Of a stretch of DNA of 64,000 bases, positions 63,434-64,000 are shown piece after piece; position 1 is the stretch's first letter; each line of letters opens with the position of its first letter. The DNA is from Geosiphon pyriformis uo1 (Eukaryota > Fungi > Glomeromycota), in the NCBI GenBank assembly GCA_016748015.1, contig JAAOMT010000741.1:372001-436000 (forward strand). Direction: 5' to 3'. A program made the translations under genes and the position numbers. A model generated the notes under the pieces. That model worked only from the letters and a program-made list of their open reading frames with translations, was not told the DNA's origin and ran no database searches.

Positions 63434-64000
63434 AAAATAAGAGTAAAAAAATTTAAGAATAGTTTACCAGAAAAACATAACTATTAAAATAAACTGGCCA
63501 CTATGTTGAAAACAGAAATTGAAAAAAAACTATTAATTAAATCTCTGTTTATTATATAAAAAACTTAACCAAAATCTTTAAACTTCAAACCCTTTAGAAA
63601 TTACTATTATTAACAGCTATTAAACATCAAGTTATAGATTTGTTATTTGTTCTAATACCCAAATAATTATTTGTAATATTTTGATGCTTTTTATGAAGTA
63701 TAATCTAACAAAAAACCAACATTAACATCTATTATCTAAAACAGTGGCAAAATCAAAAGTAATAAAAACAAACCACTTAGAATTTACAAAAGCTTTATTT
63801 TAATATTATCAAACTTATTTTAGATTAACAAGTAATAATTAATTAGCAGAATCAGCTTTTAATTTTTATGTCAATAAAAAAATTATATTCTACTTGGGAG
63901 ACTAAAAAAATCCAGAAGCTGTTCTTAAAAATTTTTATAGTAAATTACTTCAAAACACTACACTTTTACAAAATTATTTGTTTGTTTTATTAATTACAGA
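63434..64000 (+). mobile_element. Element W continued: rest of 5' LTR (to 63678), decayed PBS, and gag start (GTG at 63744), running off the window
   Basis: ...attatttgtaata-ttttgatgctttttatgaagtataatc... then gtggcaaaatcaaaa..aaccacttag..tcagcttttaatttttatgtcaat, matching the gag N-terminus. Confidence 0.85.

Overview
Eukaryotic fungal DNA, most likely an early-diverging (Glomeromycotina/Mucoromycota-like) lineage; the taxon is an impression and is unverified. The window has two sharply separated compartments. (1) From 1 to about 11.7 kb is a compact gene island with normal CpG and five intron-containing genes: a conserved membrane/coiled-coil protein, STE24 CAAX protease, HIS3, a ~1270-aa coiled-coil protein with a PAM2 motif, and a mitochondrial SSB that the ORF track misses. 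(2) From about 11.7 to 64 kb is decayed transposon sequence, hypermutated almost only by C>T/G>A transitions. It holds two near-full-length RNase H-bearing LINEs head-to-head plus LINE fragments. It also holds four members of one Ty3/Gypsy family, nested in pairs: Y (33953-42166) inside X (31734-50069), and Z (53248-63429) inside the 5' LTR of W. X, Y and Z have 4-bp target-site duplications. The Gypsy family is unusual. It has a single gag-pol frame starting at a conserved GTG rather than ATG, a Cys-rich insert and a dUTPase between protease and RT, and no chromodomain. It also has an extra ~210-aa non-Env ORF3 next to the polypurine tract, whose variant travels with a distinct type of palindromic tandem array in U3. 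The best candidate for an undescribed system is this ORF3/U3-array pairing, set against a repeat-targeted cytosine hypermutation that lacks the canonical RIP context. All coordinates and counts were done by hand.
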